From an uncultured Gammaproteobacteria bacterium (GTDB lineage: Bacteria > Patescibacteriota > Microgenomatia > UBA8517), in contig CAZRJH010000002.1 of NCBI GenBank assembly GCA_964600575.1, positions 124,298-188,297 of the forward strand: a stretch of 64,000 nt of DNA, read 5' to 3'. The first letter of the stretch is position 1. Each line of letters starts with the position of its first letter. This document shows, piece by piece, positions 36,237 to 46,151 of this stretch. A program made the translations under genes and the position numbers. The notes below the pieces were generated by a model, which made no database searches, was not told where the DNA came from, and worked only from the letters and a program-made list of their open reading frames with translations.

Positions 36237-37123
36237 CTACCCAAAACTGCCTCTACAACCAAGGTTCCAGTAAGAGTGGGATGAGGACTACAATGAAATT
36301 TATATGAACCTGCTTTAGCAGGGGCAGTAAAAGTTATTTTTTGACCTGGAGCAATTACTTCCGTTCCAAAACTTCCGTCGTCAGCAGTAACACTATGACT
36401 GACAGTGTCGTTATTTACAAAGGTAACCGTGGCACCGGCTTTAACTTTAACCCCTTCGTTAAATTTAAAGTCTTTTATCTCTATTTGAGCAGCAGTTTCT
36501 GTGGTTGCCGAGGGGCTAGAGTCAGGAGCAACAGTTTGTAATGCGCTTGCTGAAGGGCTTGCGCTTTGCTGATTATTATCGGGGGTGGCAACGGGTGCAT
36601 TTTCGGCCGATTTGTCTTGAGATTTTTTACTTGTAAAGCTATTACCCACAACATAGGCCACCGCAGCCAAAACAGCAACTGCCATAAGTACAAAGGCAAT
36701 TGTGAGAACTAAATTACTTTTCTTGGTCTCGTGAGGCAACGGTGGTGTGGTAGCACCCGCTCCCCCTGCGGCAAAGGCGGGGTTTGGCTCACTTGTGTTG
36801 TTTGATTCAGGTTTTTGCTCCAACGGCTGCGGAGGTATTTCTTGTGGACCTAAAGCAGGGGTGGTATGAACTGCTGTAGGGAAACCGTGGGGAATATTTT
36901 GTGATCGAACTTCTTGTGACACGGTGTTATTTGTAATGTTTGCAGCAGATGCCTGAACCGGTTGAACGGGTGATGCTGGCATAGCAGGACTATTATTAAC
37001 AACGACTGGTTGTTGAGGTTGCTGAGCGGTTTGGTCAACCTGATTGTTTAAAGTTTTTAAATCTTGTTCCAGCTTAGCAAGGCCTGGGTCTCCTACTTGC
37101 GGATTTTGATTGTTTGGATCCAT
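36233..37123 (-). CDS. Membrane-anchored cupredoxin with long P/Q-rich cytoplasmic N-terminus
   Basis: Low-complexity N-terminus, one TM, S/A linker, HSVTADDG...YKFHCSPHPTLTG. Confidence 0.8.
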   Translation of the reverse strand: MDPNNQNPQVGDPGLAKLEQDLKTLNNQVDQTAQQPQQPVVVNNSPAMPASPVQPVQASAANITNNTVSQEVRSQNIPHGFPTAVHTTPALGPQEIPPQPLEQKPESNNTSEPNPAFAAGGAGATTPPLPHETKKSNLVLTIAFVLMAVAVLAAVAYVVGNSFTSKKSQDKSAENAPVATPDNNQQSASPSASALQTVAPDSSPSATTETAAQIEIKDFKFNEGVKVKAGATVTFVNNDTVSHSVTADDGSFGTEVIAPGQKITFTAPAKAGSYKFHCSPHPTLTGTLVVEAVLGS

Positions 37124-37149
37124 AATCCATATTAACACTCTTTTAAAAG

Positions 37150-37431
37150 ATGTTGCAAACATTGAATTTTAAATTAACAAAACCACAGAGATCTTTCTTA
37201 AAACTAAGCTTTGTAGCACTAGTAGTTTTACTCTCGATTATCAATATTTCTATATACAGGTCCGGGTCTCAGGTTTTAGGTGTGTCAACTTCAAAGAAAG
37301 TGAACCAAGGCAGTGAAACTGAATTTTGGGATAAATTTTTATTGGAGCACCCAAGTTACATACCCGGATATTTGGAAACTAATCAGATCGAAAAAGCAAT
37401 GGAGATTGATCCAAACTACGTTATTCCTTAG
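37150..37431 (+). CDS. Small single-TM hypothetical protein
   Basis: TM then QVLGV; FWDKFLLEHPSY...IDPN (possible single TPR-like motif). Confidence 0.55.
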   Translation: MLQTLNFKLTKPQRSFLKLSFVALVVLLSIINISIYRSGSQVLGVSTSKKVNQGSETEFWDKFLLEHPSYIPGYLETNQIEKAMEIDPNYVIP

Positions 37432-38092
37432 GAGATTCTGTTGCTTCCTGAGCTACTTCTCCACCCACTTGCCCGCCCTCTGCCGATGCATCTGCTTCTG
37501 CATCCTCTGTAGCTGCTACGGGTTCTTCCACTATCTTTTGAGGAGGTTCAACTTTAACAACAATGGCTTCTCCGTCGGTTACTATGGTTACTTTAGAGCT
37601 ATCAATTTTAAGGTCTTTTACATATATTAACTGATCTACGGTTTCTAAAGTGGCCTTGTCGATTTCAAACTTCTCCGGAAGATCGGCAGGAAGTGCTTCT
37701 ACTGTTATTTCGTTTATATGCTGAACTACCGTACCCAACGACTGTTTCTCGGCCGGAGACTCCCCAGTCAGCTCAACCGGAACCTGGGCTTCAACCTTTT
37801 CTTTAAGGTCTACCTGAAGAAAATCGATATGGACCACCTCGTCTGATTTTGGGTTTAATTGTAAACCGTGCACTAAAACTGGTCTTTTTTCACTACCTAT
37901 ACTCAATTCAACAAGACCGGTTTCCCCAACTTCTTTGTAAATTTCCTCAAAAGCTTTGGACTCAACTTGGATAGACAAAGAGTCTACCTTTTTGCCAAAA
38001 ACGTTTGCGGGTATTAAACCCTGTTTTCGTAGGTTTTTAACTTTTCTTCCCGTAATTTCTCTTTTTTCGGCTTTAAGCGATTGTTTACTCAT
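37421..38092 (-). CDS. rplY: 50S ribosomal protein L25/Ctc
   Basis: LRKQGLIPANVFG, HIDFLQV, VEALPADLPEKFEID; acidic tail. Confidence 0.93.
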   Translation of the reverse strand: MSKQSLKAEKREITGRKVKNLRKQGLIPANVFGKKVDSLSIQVESKAFEEIYKEVGETGLVELSIGSEKRPVLVHGLQLNPKSDEVVHIDFLQVDLKEKVEAQVPVELTGESPAEKQSLGTVVQHINEITVEALPADLPEKFEIDKATLETVDQLIYVKDLKIDSSKVTIVTDGEAIVVKVEPPQKIVEEPVAATEDAEADASAEGGQVGGEVAQEATESPKE

Positions 38093-40757
38093 GTCTTAAT
38101 TTAAAAAGGGATGCAAAATCCCGTTTCAGGTTCATATTATAAGTGTAGTACCCCTCCTTGGTCAAGCTAAAACCGCTAGGAGCCTCGGTTTCCAACCCAT
38201 TAGGCAAGATTCTTATCACCCAAGGGTCGTCTCCCACACCCGCCTGTTTTCTAACAAAAAGTCCGTACGAGCTTGATTCTTCGGTTATTTGACTTGTCCA
38301 TTCATAGACTATTTTTTGAGTCTGACCCGCCAAAACCTCGGTAATAATGCCAATCTCTTTCCTCCCCCTAAGATCCGAAACATCTGCGGTCAAAAGTTCT
38401 GTATTTATTCCTACAATACGCTTAACGGAAACCAAATCAGCATCCGACGGAGCAAGTAGTCTCATATAGTTTTTATATCTACCCGAAATACCCAAGGCAG
38501 GGTTTGCACTGTTGGAATACTCGATAGTTAATGTTTTTGTAGATCTATCTTTAGAAACTTGCACATCAAGATCTGCTTTTCTTTTAATAAAATAATTAGA
38601 TTTGTTTACTCCCACGTTAGCCTCTACTATCCCCAAAAAGTCTGGGTAACACCCATCGCCGCAAGATTTGGTTGAAACTGCCCCGCTCCAACCCACATCG
38701 GTTACGGCAACTTGGGAATCGGTGTTGTGTAAGTATGCTTGTATATGCCTTCCTTCTAAATTTTCAAAAATTGCTTTTAGAATTTTAATTCTGTCCAAAC
38801 CTTGCATTTTTGTAACCTCCGCAAGCAGTCCTCTAGATAAAGCTGTCAAAAAACTCGCTTTCTTGTGTGTGCCGGGGAAAAAATTATCCTGAACTTCGGA
38901 TTGGGTTTTTTCGTACAAATTTTGACTGTTAATGTCTAAATTAAAATCAGACAAAAAAACCGATCCTGTATATTTTAAAACATCCTTAACCAAATTGAGA
39001 TCAATAGCAATTACGCCATCGACCTGTTTATCTAGTTCTTTGTCCAAAAACCACTCAGCTCTTTGCGCAGAGGTGGCAAAATCAGGGTCCCAATTGGAAT
39101 CTCTAAACCACCAGTTTGCTTCGTCTAAATAGTTTTTAATAGGTGCCGGGGGCTCAATATGTCCCTTTAGTTGCCCATCTGCGGAATAAATGTCGTTTAT
39201 TGTAAGTTCGGTCATTCGACCACCCTGAAAATTAGTTATACCAAAAGAACCGATAAACCCTCCGGTTGGCCGTAGCTCCATATTGTTTTGAAAAAGAATC
39301 AAATATGATTTTTTTTCGTTCTTTCCTAAAATGTCCGGAAGATTCTCTGCTAAAACCTGTCCTTTAGATGTCAATGTTTTTAACCTGTCAAAATCTAGTC
39401 TTTTTGAAACTTCCTTTGCCGCCAGACTGCCCTTTTTTTCTGAAGTTAGAGTTTCAATCTCCAAAATAGATATCTCTTTGTAAAGCACATCTAGAGCAAT
39501 TTTAATTTTTTGGGAATGCTCCGAAGGGTCATAAATCTCGTTTCCTAAAACTTTTGTTAAAAACTCTGCAGAGCTTGTAGAAACCGGTAGCAAATCAACA
39601 GCCAGATCGCAAGCTTTAACACCAACTAAAGATATGTAATAGGTTTCTCTATATATAGTATCCAAAAACGGGACATAGGACAAAACAAAACTTTCTTTTT
39701 TGCTTATGTTTAAAAATGTTTTTGCTATTAACAGAGGGTTTTCTATGTTTTTATTTTTTCCGTTGTTTATGTTTTTGTAATTAAAATACATGATCCCCAA
39801 ACCTGTCGCCATAGAAAAGATTGGAAACAAAAGAACTAACAACGTTAGGGCAATCAAAGGTTTGACAAACTTTGGTACGATAATAGGAATTCTTTTTCTT
39901 TTAATGATTATTTTGGGTTTAGATTTTTTTTGTTCTTTTTTAACTTTTTGTGGTTTATTGTTTTGCTCTTCCCAGGAGTTACTGATGTAGCGATACGTCT
40001 CTTGAAGATAATATTTTAAATCCGAAGGAAAGTATTTAACTTCGAATCCTTTTGGAACAAGTCTTGGTTCTTGAGTATTGTCATAGCTTAACTTTACCTC
40101 CGGAATTAATTTTTGATTTTCTTTCCAAAACGTAGTGGCAGAAACTCTCTCTCCCAAACAAAAAACAGTTTTACCGTAAGGACCAAACGACAAAAGCCAT
40201 TTAGAAACAATCTTAGAAGCGTCCGTAACAAACATTGGAAAAACTGACTCGCCTATTTCCACTGTTAGTGTTCGTTTAAACAAAATGTCATTTAAATTGC
40301 GTGCTATAAATAAGTTGCTGTCCAGATCAATTCTCGGCCCTATCAAATCCCCTACATAAATAACACCAACGTTTCCGTGCAAAGGAATTTGATTATGTTT
40401 ATCTTGATCAAAAGATTCAAACGGTATTACTACTAACGTTTTAACATTTAAGATGGATTCGTCTTCGTAAAAATCTTTTAACCCTTTATAAGCCAAGCTC
40501 TTGTCAAAGAAACCACCTGCATATATTGCATAGTTGTAAGTTTGTTTAACAAAATTTTTGCCAATGGGTGTAATACTAAATTTACTTTTGTCTAAGTGAT
40601 AAGTGTTGTTTTTCCATGTATCAACATCTTTAGCAATAATATTAACCAAGCAATTTTTAGAAAGAAGATTTTCCAAAAGGTTCAGTGAAAAAAAATTCGG
40701 TTCTGAATAAAAACAAACAAACAATTTTTGTGAGGAATAAAATTCACGGTTTTCCAT
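38085..40757 (-). CDS. DUF4012-like extracellular protein with degenerate SDR-like N-terminal domain
   Basis: YLILFQNNMELRPTGGFIGS, RDSNWDPDF, VDGVIAID, EANVGVNKSN, RKQAG. Confidence 0.75.
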   Translation of the reverse strand: MENREFYSSQKLFVCFYSEPNFFSLNLLENLLSKNCLVNIIAKDVDTWKNNTYHLDKSKFSITPIGKNFVKQTYNYAIYAGGFFDKSLAYKGLKDFYEDESILNVKTLVVIPFESFDQDKHNQIPLHGNVGVIYVGDLIGPRIDLDSNLFIARNLNDILFKRTLTVEIGESVFPMFVTDASKIVSKWLLSFGPYGKTVFCLGERVSATTFWKENQKLIPEVKLSYDNTQEPRLVPKGFEVKYFPSDLKYYLQETYRYISNSWEEQNNKPQKVKKEQKKSKPKIIIKRKRIPIIVPKFVKPLIALTLLVLLFPIFSMATGLGIMYFNYKNINNGKNKNIENPLLIAKTFLNISKKESFVLSYVPFLDTIYRETYYISLVGVKACDLAVDLLPVSTSSAEFLTKVLGNEIYDPSEHSQKIKIALDVLYKEISILEIETLTSEKKGSLAAKEVSKRLDFDRLKTLTSKGQVLAENLPDILGKNEKKSYLILFQNNMELRPTGGFIGSFGITNFQGGRMTELTINDIYSADGQLKGHIEPPAPIKNYLDEANWWFRDSNWDPDFATSAQRAEWFLDKELDKQVDGVIAIDLNLVKDVLKYTGSVFLSDFNLDINSQNLYEKTQSEVQDNFFPGTHKKASFLTALSRGLLAEVTKMQGLDRIKILKAIFENLEGRHIQAYLHNTDSQVAVTDVGWSGAVSTKSCGDGCYPDFLGIVEANVGVNKSNYFIKRKADLDVQVSKDRSTKTLTIEYSNSANPALGISGRYKNYMRLLAPSDADLVSVKRIVGINTELLTADVSDLRGRKEIGIITEVLAGQTQKIVYEWTSQITEESSSYGLFVRKQAGVGDDPWVIRILPNGLETEAPSGFSLTKEGYYTYNMNLKRDFASLFKLRHE

Positions 40758-40910
40758 GGGTGTTCACATTGGCAAATCAATTAACGCAGTCATTAAAAAT
40801 TTTATACACCGCGCAAAAAAACGCAAGTTAAGTTTTCAAGTGGGCAACTTTTAAACCTAAGCCTAGCCTGGTTAAGAACGTGAAATTTTCACCAAAAAGT
40901 ACCCAAACTG

Positions 40911-41327
40911 TTAATTTTTGTCCAACTCTTGATTAACCAAAAAGTCGGCTCTTTTATTTTCTTTTCGGGGAACATTTTTAAAATCTACAAAATTTTTTAG
41001 ATTTTTTATTTTTTCCAAAATTTGTTTATGAAAAACAAAAAGCTTTTCGTCTCGTACTTTATATAAACCTTTTATTTGTTTAACAACCAACTCAGAATCC
41101 AGAATAAATAAAATGTTTTTATTTGCTAAGCCGGAATAACCACCCAACCAATCAAGAGCTATTATTACACCTTTGTATTCGGCAACATTGTTTGTAGTTT
41201 CCCCTAAGTAAAGAGAGCCCTCGTAAAGAAGTTCACCGAATTCTTCGATAACACACGCGCTTGCAGCAGGTCCGGGATTACCCCTCGCCCCCCCATCGGT
41301 GTGTACCGTTATCCCGTCAAAATCCAT
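40911..41327 (-). CDS. rnhA: Ribonuclease HI
   Basis: TDGGARGNPGPAA, TNNVAEY, DSELVVKQ, VPRKENKRAD. Confidence 0.92.
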   Translation of the reverse strand: MDFDGITVHTDGGARGNPGPAASACVIEEFGELLYEGSLYLGETTNNVAEYKGVIIALDWLGGYSGLANKNILFILDSELVVKQIKGLYKVRDEKLFVFHKQILEKIKNLKNFVDFKNVPRKENKRADFLVNQELDKN

Positions 41328-41372
41328 AGGGTAGTTTAACATTAAAAATTTAAATTTCCGAGATTTAAAGAG

Positions 41373-42584
41373 TTATTTTTTGTAAGTTAATCCAAGAAGT
41401 AGTGCCAATAGTAAATTGTTTTGTTGAAGGGTTAACCAATAGTGATCAAACAGACCGGTGACCATTACAAAAAGCAAGATACCCACAAAAGCTTTGTTTT
41501 TAATCAAAAAGCTTTTTGCCACTATAACAAAAGAAAACAAAAAACCAACAACTCCAGTTTCTGAAAGAATTAATAAATAAATATTATGTACCGGTTGTAA
41601 AAGCCAGAACCTTCCCATTATTCCATTTACCTTAACCGACTCGGGTATAAAAGTGTTTAATCCACTTCCGCTAAACCAATTTATTTTAAAAATTTCTAAG
41701 GATATATAAGCCAGGTCAAATCTTTCCAGAAAGTTTTTTGATAAATACTGCAGATTTAAATAAAGATCTTTAGAAACTAATGCAAACAAAATAGAGATTA
41801 AAAATACGATAAAAACAAAACTGTTCGCCAACTTTACTTTTGTATGAGAAACATAGAAATTGAGAGCTATTAAAAATACAAAACCCAGGCCAGCTGACAC
41901 CGAAAAAGTTAGTATTAAACAGACAAAAATTAGAAAACTAAATAAATAATAAATTTTTTGAAATTTACCCCTATTTAAAAATACAAAAATCACCACCAAA
42001 GATAAATAACCCGCAAGAGAGTTTGGGTGGGAAAATATTGAATAAGCTCTTAAAAAATCACTTCCACCCAATGAAGTTAGTGCTATACCCGGAGTGTTCA
42101 TGCTAAATGTTCTTTCCCCGAGAAGATAAAACAAACCTGTTGTAGAACCATTCAAAAAGTTGTAAATCCCCAAAAGAGAAACAATTGCCGAGGAAAACAA
42201 CAAGACTTTAATTACATTGTTAATAGATGTTTTTACGGAATTTATGTAAACTGTTACTCCAAAAAAAACTACTTCTAGAATTTTAATCGCATGCAACGCA
42301 GATAGATTTTTGTTGGTTGAAAGTATTACATTTATTAACAACAAAACACCCATCCCAAGAAAGACGGCTAAGTTTTCTTTTACAAAAGAGGTAATTTTGG
42401 GGAAATTTAAAAATAAATAAACTCCCACTAAAATATCCGTCAAAAAAACTGTAGGTGCAAGATAATCAACTCTTGTGCCATAGACCAAAGAGAAATCCGG
42501 CCAAAAATGATAACCAAGTTGCGTAGGAAGGAATAAAATTACTAGAAGAAAAAATTTATCGACTAAGTTTTTGATGATGGTCAC
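41373..42584 (-). CDS. O-antigen ligase (Wzy_C) family protein
   Basis: RAYSIFSHPNSLAG, GSGLNTF, QPVHNIYLLILSETG, FDHY; multi-TM. Confidence 0.85.
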   Translation of the reverse strand: MTIIKNLVDKFFLLVILFLPTQLGYHFWPDFSLVYGTRVDYLAPTVFLTDILVGVYLFLNFPKITSFVKENLAVFLGMGVLLLINVILSTNKNLSALHAIKILEVVFFGVTVYINSVKTSINNVIKVLLFSSAIVSLLGIYNFLNGSTTGLFYLLGERTFSMNTPGIALTSLGGSDFLRAYSIFSHPNSLAGYLSLVVIFVFLNRGKFQKIYYLFSFLIFVCLILTFSVSAGLGFVFLIALNFYVSHTKVKLANSFVFIVFLISILFALVSKDLYLNLQYLSKNFLERFDLAYISLEIFKINWFSGSGLNTFIPESVKVNGIMGRFWLLQPVHNIYLLILSETGVVGFLFSFVIVAKSFLIKNKAFVGILLFVMVTGLFDHYWLTLQQNNLLLALLLGLTYKK

Positions 42585-43039
42585 TTGGATCTTACAACCA
42601 AATATCTGTTATCCCCTTCTCCTTCTGAAACCGTCTCTATACCGTCAACCTCTGCTAAATGCATATGAACGACTCGTCTTTGCCAAGGTTTTAGATTGTA
42701 AAGGTTTTGAGGCTCACCGGTTGTCTTTGCTCGTTCGGCGGTGTTTGTCGCCAAATTTTTAAGATAATCCTCTTCTTTTTCCCTGTAATCGGCTATGTTT
42801 ACAGTAACCCTGTTCCATTCACCTACTTTTTGCTTTAGAAGTACACCCAAAATTGTTTGAAGGCTTCCCAATGTATCTCCCTTTTTACCAATAAGAAGAC
42901 CGTTCTCCTCGCCTGCGTCTATGTCTGCAACAAAGGTTTCGTTCTTCTTGTCGTATGAAACCTCGATTTTTGCAGATATACCCATCAAGGTCAAAAGCTC
43001 TTCTGCTGCTTGTTTTAGTAGGTCTACGTTTTTATCCAT
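42581..43039 (-). CDS. jag: Jag/KhpB RNA-binding protein (KH + R3H)
   Basis: GLLIGKKGDTLGSLQ, RRVVHMHL, SEGEG..RYLV. Confidence 0.88.
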   Translation of the reverse strand: MDKNVDLLKQAAEELLTLMGISAKIEVSYDKKNETFVADIDAGEENGLLIGKKGDTLGSLQTILGVLLKQKVGEWNRVTVNIADYREKEEDYLKNLATNTAERAKTTGEPQNLYNLKPWQRRVVHMHLAEVDGIETVSEGEGDNRYLVVRSK

Positions 43040-43061
43040 ATCCCGGAAATATGCTTCCGAG

Positions 43062-43895
43062 TTACGATTTTACCAGAGGTTTAACATTAAATAAAGTGGA
43101 GGCACGTTTAATCCACGGGGTAAGACTTCCCCAGCCGCTCATACTAACCTGCTGCCATACATTAATTATAGAGAAAACCAGCCAATAAAGAGCGAGGCCA
43201 GATGGAAACTGAAGTCCAAAAAACAAAGTCATCAAAGGCAGTGTATAGGTCATAGATTGCTGCATCGCAACCTGTATATCATCTGCTTCGGATTTTGTCT
43301 TTTTAGCAATCTTCTTTTCTTCCTCGATATAAGGTGTGGTTATTTTTACAGACAAAAACTGGGCTACTGTAGCCAAAATAAGAAAAAGCCCCGGCAATGG
43401 AAAAGGAACTCCTGAAACCTTAAATGAGTCGGGTTTACTTATGTCTAGATATAAAAATCTTGTGTTGAGTTGCTCGTTGGTTGCAAATTTCATACTGGGG
43501 TACAAAAGGTTGTTAATTTTTGCGGTTGCCTCTCCCCCGCCAGCCAAAGCGGTTGTAAAAACATTAAAAAGTGCTATCAAAACAAAAAATTGAAGTAAAT
43601 ACGGTAAGCATCCGGCCGTAGGATTAATTTTATTTTCTTTGTAAAGATTTGCTTGGGCTTTAGAAAATCCCATCTTGTCGTTTCCAAACTTTTTTCTAAG
43701 TTTGGCTAACTGAGGTTCGAAAGCTTTTATTTTCTTCATTGATTCCAAATACGGTTTGGTTAAAGGTCTCAAAAGAAAGATTAAAGCTACGCTAAAAAAC
43801 AAAATCGCTAAACCCAAATTACCTCCCAATACCTTGTAAAAAAGTATTAGTCCGTTTGTTAACGGCTGAACAAGAAGCAGAGTAAAAATATTCAT
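43062..43895 (-). CDS. yidC: Membrane protein insertase YidC
   Basis: LYKENKINPTAGCLP, FPSGLALYW; synteny. Confidence 0.92.
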   Translation of the reverse strand: MNIFTLLLVQPLTNGLILFYKVLGGNLGLAILFFSVALIFLLRPLTKPYLESMKKIKAFEPQLAKLRKKFGNDKMGFSKAQANLYKENKINPTAGCLPYLLQFFVLIALFNVFTTALAGGGEATAKINNLLYPSMKFATNEQLNTRFLYLDISKPDSFKVSGVPFPLPGLFLILATVAQFLSVKITTPYIEEEKKIAKKTKSEADDIQVAMQQSMTYTLPLMTLFFGLQFPSGLALYWLVFSIINVWQQVSMSGWGSLTPWIKRASTLFNVKPLVKS

Positions 43896-43898
43896 AAT

Positions 43899-44120
43899 TT
43901 ATTTAACAGGATCCCAACCAAAGCCTCCTAGAGGGTGGCACCTGGACAGTCGCTTGATTCCCATCCACAATCCTTTTAGAGTTCCGTATTTCTCAAGAGC
44001 CTCTATTGTATACTCGGAGCAAGTCGGTGTAAACCTACAAGCATTTCCTAACAAATATGTAAAGATTCGGGAAAACGAACTCTTGTAAGCTACTATTAAG
44101 AAAATAATGATTTTTGACAT
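43899..44120 (-). CDS. yidD: Membrane protein insertion efficiency factor YidD
   Basis: CRFTPTCSEY...RCHP..GFGWDPV. Confidence 0.95.
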   Translation of the reverse strand: MSKIIIFLIVAYKSSFSRIFTYLLGNACRFTPTCSEYTIEALEKYGTLKGLWMGIKRLSRCHPLGGFGWDPVK

Positions 44121-44461
44121 TAAACTAAACCTATTCCCGCTAGCGCAGCTTTAACTTCTTTCATAACCTCGCTTGTTGGCTTTCTCGATATATAGGTCTT
44201 GGCCAAAAAAACAACATCGTAGCCATTTTTGACACGGCTGGATTCCATTCTTACAGCTTCGCTCATGGTTCTTTTGAATCTGTTTCTATCAACCGCATCT
44301 TTTGATATTTTGGTTGAGACAACGAATCCAAATCTGGTTGGTTCAGCATCTTTTCTGTCAAAAAAAGCTAAACCAAAACAATCGGATTGGACAACATTTC
44401 CTTGGGATTGAACCCTCTCATAATCTTTAGATCCACTAAGCCTATGTTTTTTGGCAAGCAT
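44120..44461 (-). CDS. rnpA: RNase P protein component
   Basis: RFGFVVSTKISKDAVDRNRFKR. Confidence 0.93.
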   Translation of the reverse strand: MLAKKHRLSGSKDYERVQSQGNVVQSDCFGLAFFDRKDAEPTRFGFVVSTKISKDAVDRNRFKRTMSEAVRMESSRVKNGYDVVFLAKTYISRKPTSEVMKEVKAALAGIGLV

Positions 44462-44479
44462 TGTTTTTGGCTAATGAAG

Positions 44480-44620
44480 TTAAACGGTCAATTTTTTCCT
44501 ACCTTTGAGTCTGCGCGTAGCAAGAACTCTTCTACCTGTTTTAGTCTTCATTCTTTCTCTGAAACCATGCTTTGAGCGTCTTTTGGTTTTGCTGGGTTGA
44601 TATGTTCTCTTTGTAGCCAT
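44480..44620 (-). CDS. rpmH: 50S ribosomal protein L34 (46 aa, absent from ORF track)
   Basis: [46 protein letters not shown]. Confidence 0.97.
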   Translation of the reverse strand: MATKRTYQPSKTKRRSKHGFRERMKTKTGRRVLATRRLKGRKKLTV

Positions 44621-44689
44621 ATTGCAAATTGAATTATATCAACTACAAAGGGTTTTAATCAATATGGAAGCAAATACCACTTGACGGAT

Positions 44690-44698
44690 TGTGGATAA
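44690..44698 (-). promoter_or_regulatory. Perfect DnaA box upstream of dnaA
   Basis: TGTGGATAA (reverse complement TTATCCACA) just after TTGACG. Confidence 0.8.
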
Positions 44699-44786
44699 CT
44701 TATTAAAAAGTACTAGTACCGAATACGCTAAAAAATTATCTAAACCTCCCATAAACTGCTCAGGAATTGTGGCGTCTGAACCTAAT

Positions 44787-46151
44787 ATGACTACAAAGGA
44801 AATTTGGAAAGAAGTCTTGGATATAGTTAAAATTTCTGTGTCTGCCGCGACTTTTTCCACATGGTTTTCACAAACCCACTTATCGTCTATCAACGAGACC
44901 GAAGACCGGGCAATTTGTGAAGTAGGTTGCAGCACCTTTTATTCCAAAAATACCATTGAGGCAAGATATTTTGGACTAATTCAGGACTCGTTGATGAAGG
45001 TTTTGGGGAAAAAATGTGATTTACTTTTGGTTGTAAAATCCAATCCAGACACCACAAAAGAACAAGCCCACAAACCCGACCCTTTGTTTGGAGAAGTCTC
45101 AATCGGCGAGAACAAGCTTAAAGATAACCAAATAAGAGCCAGAATTAGGCCGAGTTTCACTTTTGAAAATTTTGCCGTTTCTTCCTCGAACCAAATGGCG
45201 CATGCGGCCGCAGAGGCTGTGTCACAAAGTTTAGGCTCTGCTTACAACCCGCTTTTCCTTTGGGGTGGGGTGGGTGTCGGAAAAACACATCTTATGGTAT
45301 CTGTGGGAAACTACTCATTAAAAGAAAACCCTGACCTTAAAATACTTTTTTGCACAGGTGAGGACTTTACTAACGACATAGTTGAGGGGATAAGAAATAA
45401 AACAACTCAAGCTTTTAGAAATAAATATAGAAAACTGGATTTATTATTAATAGACGATATCCAGTTTATAGCCGGAAAAGACACTGTTCAGGAAGAATTT
45501 TTTCATACATTTAATGCCGTTACCTCGGCAGGAGGGCAAATTATTTTAACCTCCGACAGACCGCCTTCCGAAATAAGCAAATTAGAAGAAAGGCTAAGAA
45601 GCAGGTTCGAGGCAGGTTTAATAGTAGATATAGCACCGCCTGATTTTGAACTCAGATGCGCCATAACTCAAATTAAAGCAAAAGAAAAAGGCATTGACCT
45701 TACAATGGACCAAATCCAAATGCTAGCAGCCAACGCAGAAGGGGCAAGAAAAATAGAAGGTTTACTCACTAAATTACTAACAGAAATTCACCTTAAAAAA
45801 GTCCCAGTAAGCGATTTAGTAATAGAAAACACTCTAGGAAAAGGTGTAGAGTCGCCCGGTAAGTCAAAAAGGAGTACACCGGGGGAGGCAATTGACGCGG
45901 TTGCAAGATACTATCAGGTGGGTAAGAGATTGCTTTTGGGGGATTCAAGAGCTAGACCGATTGCCAGACCCAGGCAAGTGTTGATGTATCTTTTAAGGAC
46001 CCATTTAGGAATCCCGTTGGAGGAGGTTGGTAAGGTTGTAGGAGGACGCGACCACACTACAGTTATGCACGCTGTGGAAAAAATAACAGAACTAGCCACG
46101 CAGGATGTGCAAATCCGTGAGGATATTATGAGTATAAAAACTAAAATTTGA
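44787..46151 (+). CDS. dnaA: Chromosomal replication initiator DnaA
   Basis: YNPLFLWGGVGVGKTHL, LLIDDIQF, QEEFFHTFN, RLRSRF, GGRDHTTVMHA. Confidence 0.97.
   Translation: MTTKEIWKEVLDIVKISVSAATFSTWFSQTHLSSINETEDRAICEVGCSTFYSKNTIEARYFGLIQDSLMKVLGKKCDLLLVVKSNPDTTKEQAHKPDPLFGEVSIGENKLKDNQIRARIRPSFTFENFAVSSSNQMAHAAAEAVSQSLGSAYNPLFLWGGVGVGKTHLMVSVGNYSLKENPDLKILFCTGEDFTNDIVEGIRNKTTQAFRNKYRKLDLLLIDDIQFIAGKDTVQEEFFHTFNAVTSAGGQIILTSDRPPSEISKLEERLRSRFEAGLIVDIAPPDFELRCAITQIKAKEKGIDLTMDQIQMLAANAEGARKIEGLLTKLLTEIHLKKVPVSDLVIENTLGKGVESPGKSKRSTPGEAIDAVARYYQVGKRLLLGDSRARPIARPRQVLMYLLRTHLGIPLEEVGKVVGGRDHTTVMHAVEKITELATQDVQIREDIMSIKTKI

Noticed and set aside
40758-40910. c-di-GMP-I riboswitch-like words (GGCAAA, CGCAA, CCTAA)
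   Set aside because: Wrong strand for the downstream gene and the required stems do not pair
44691-44786. N-terminal extension of DnaA from GTG 44691
   Set aside because: That GTG lies within the DnaA box/promoter; the DnaA domain I pattern starts at ATG 44787
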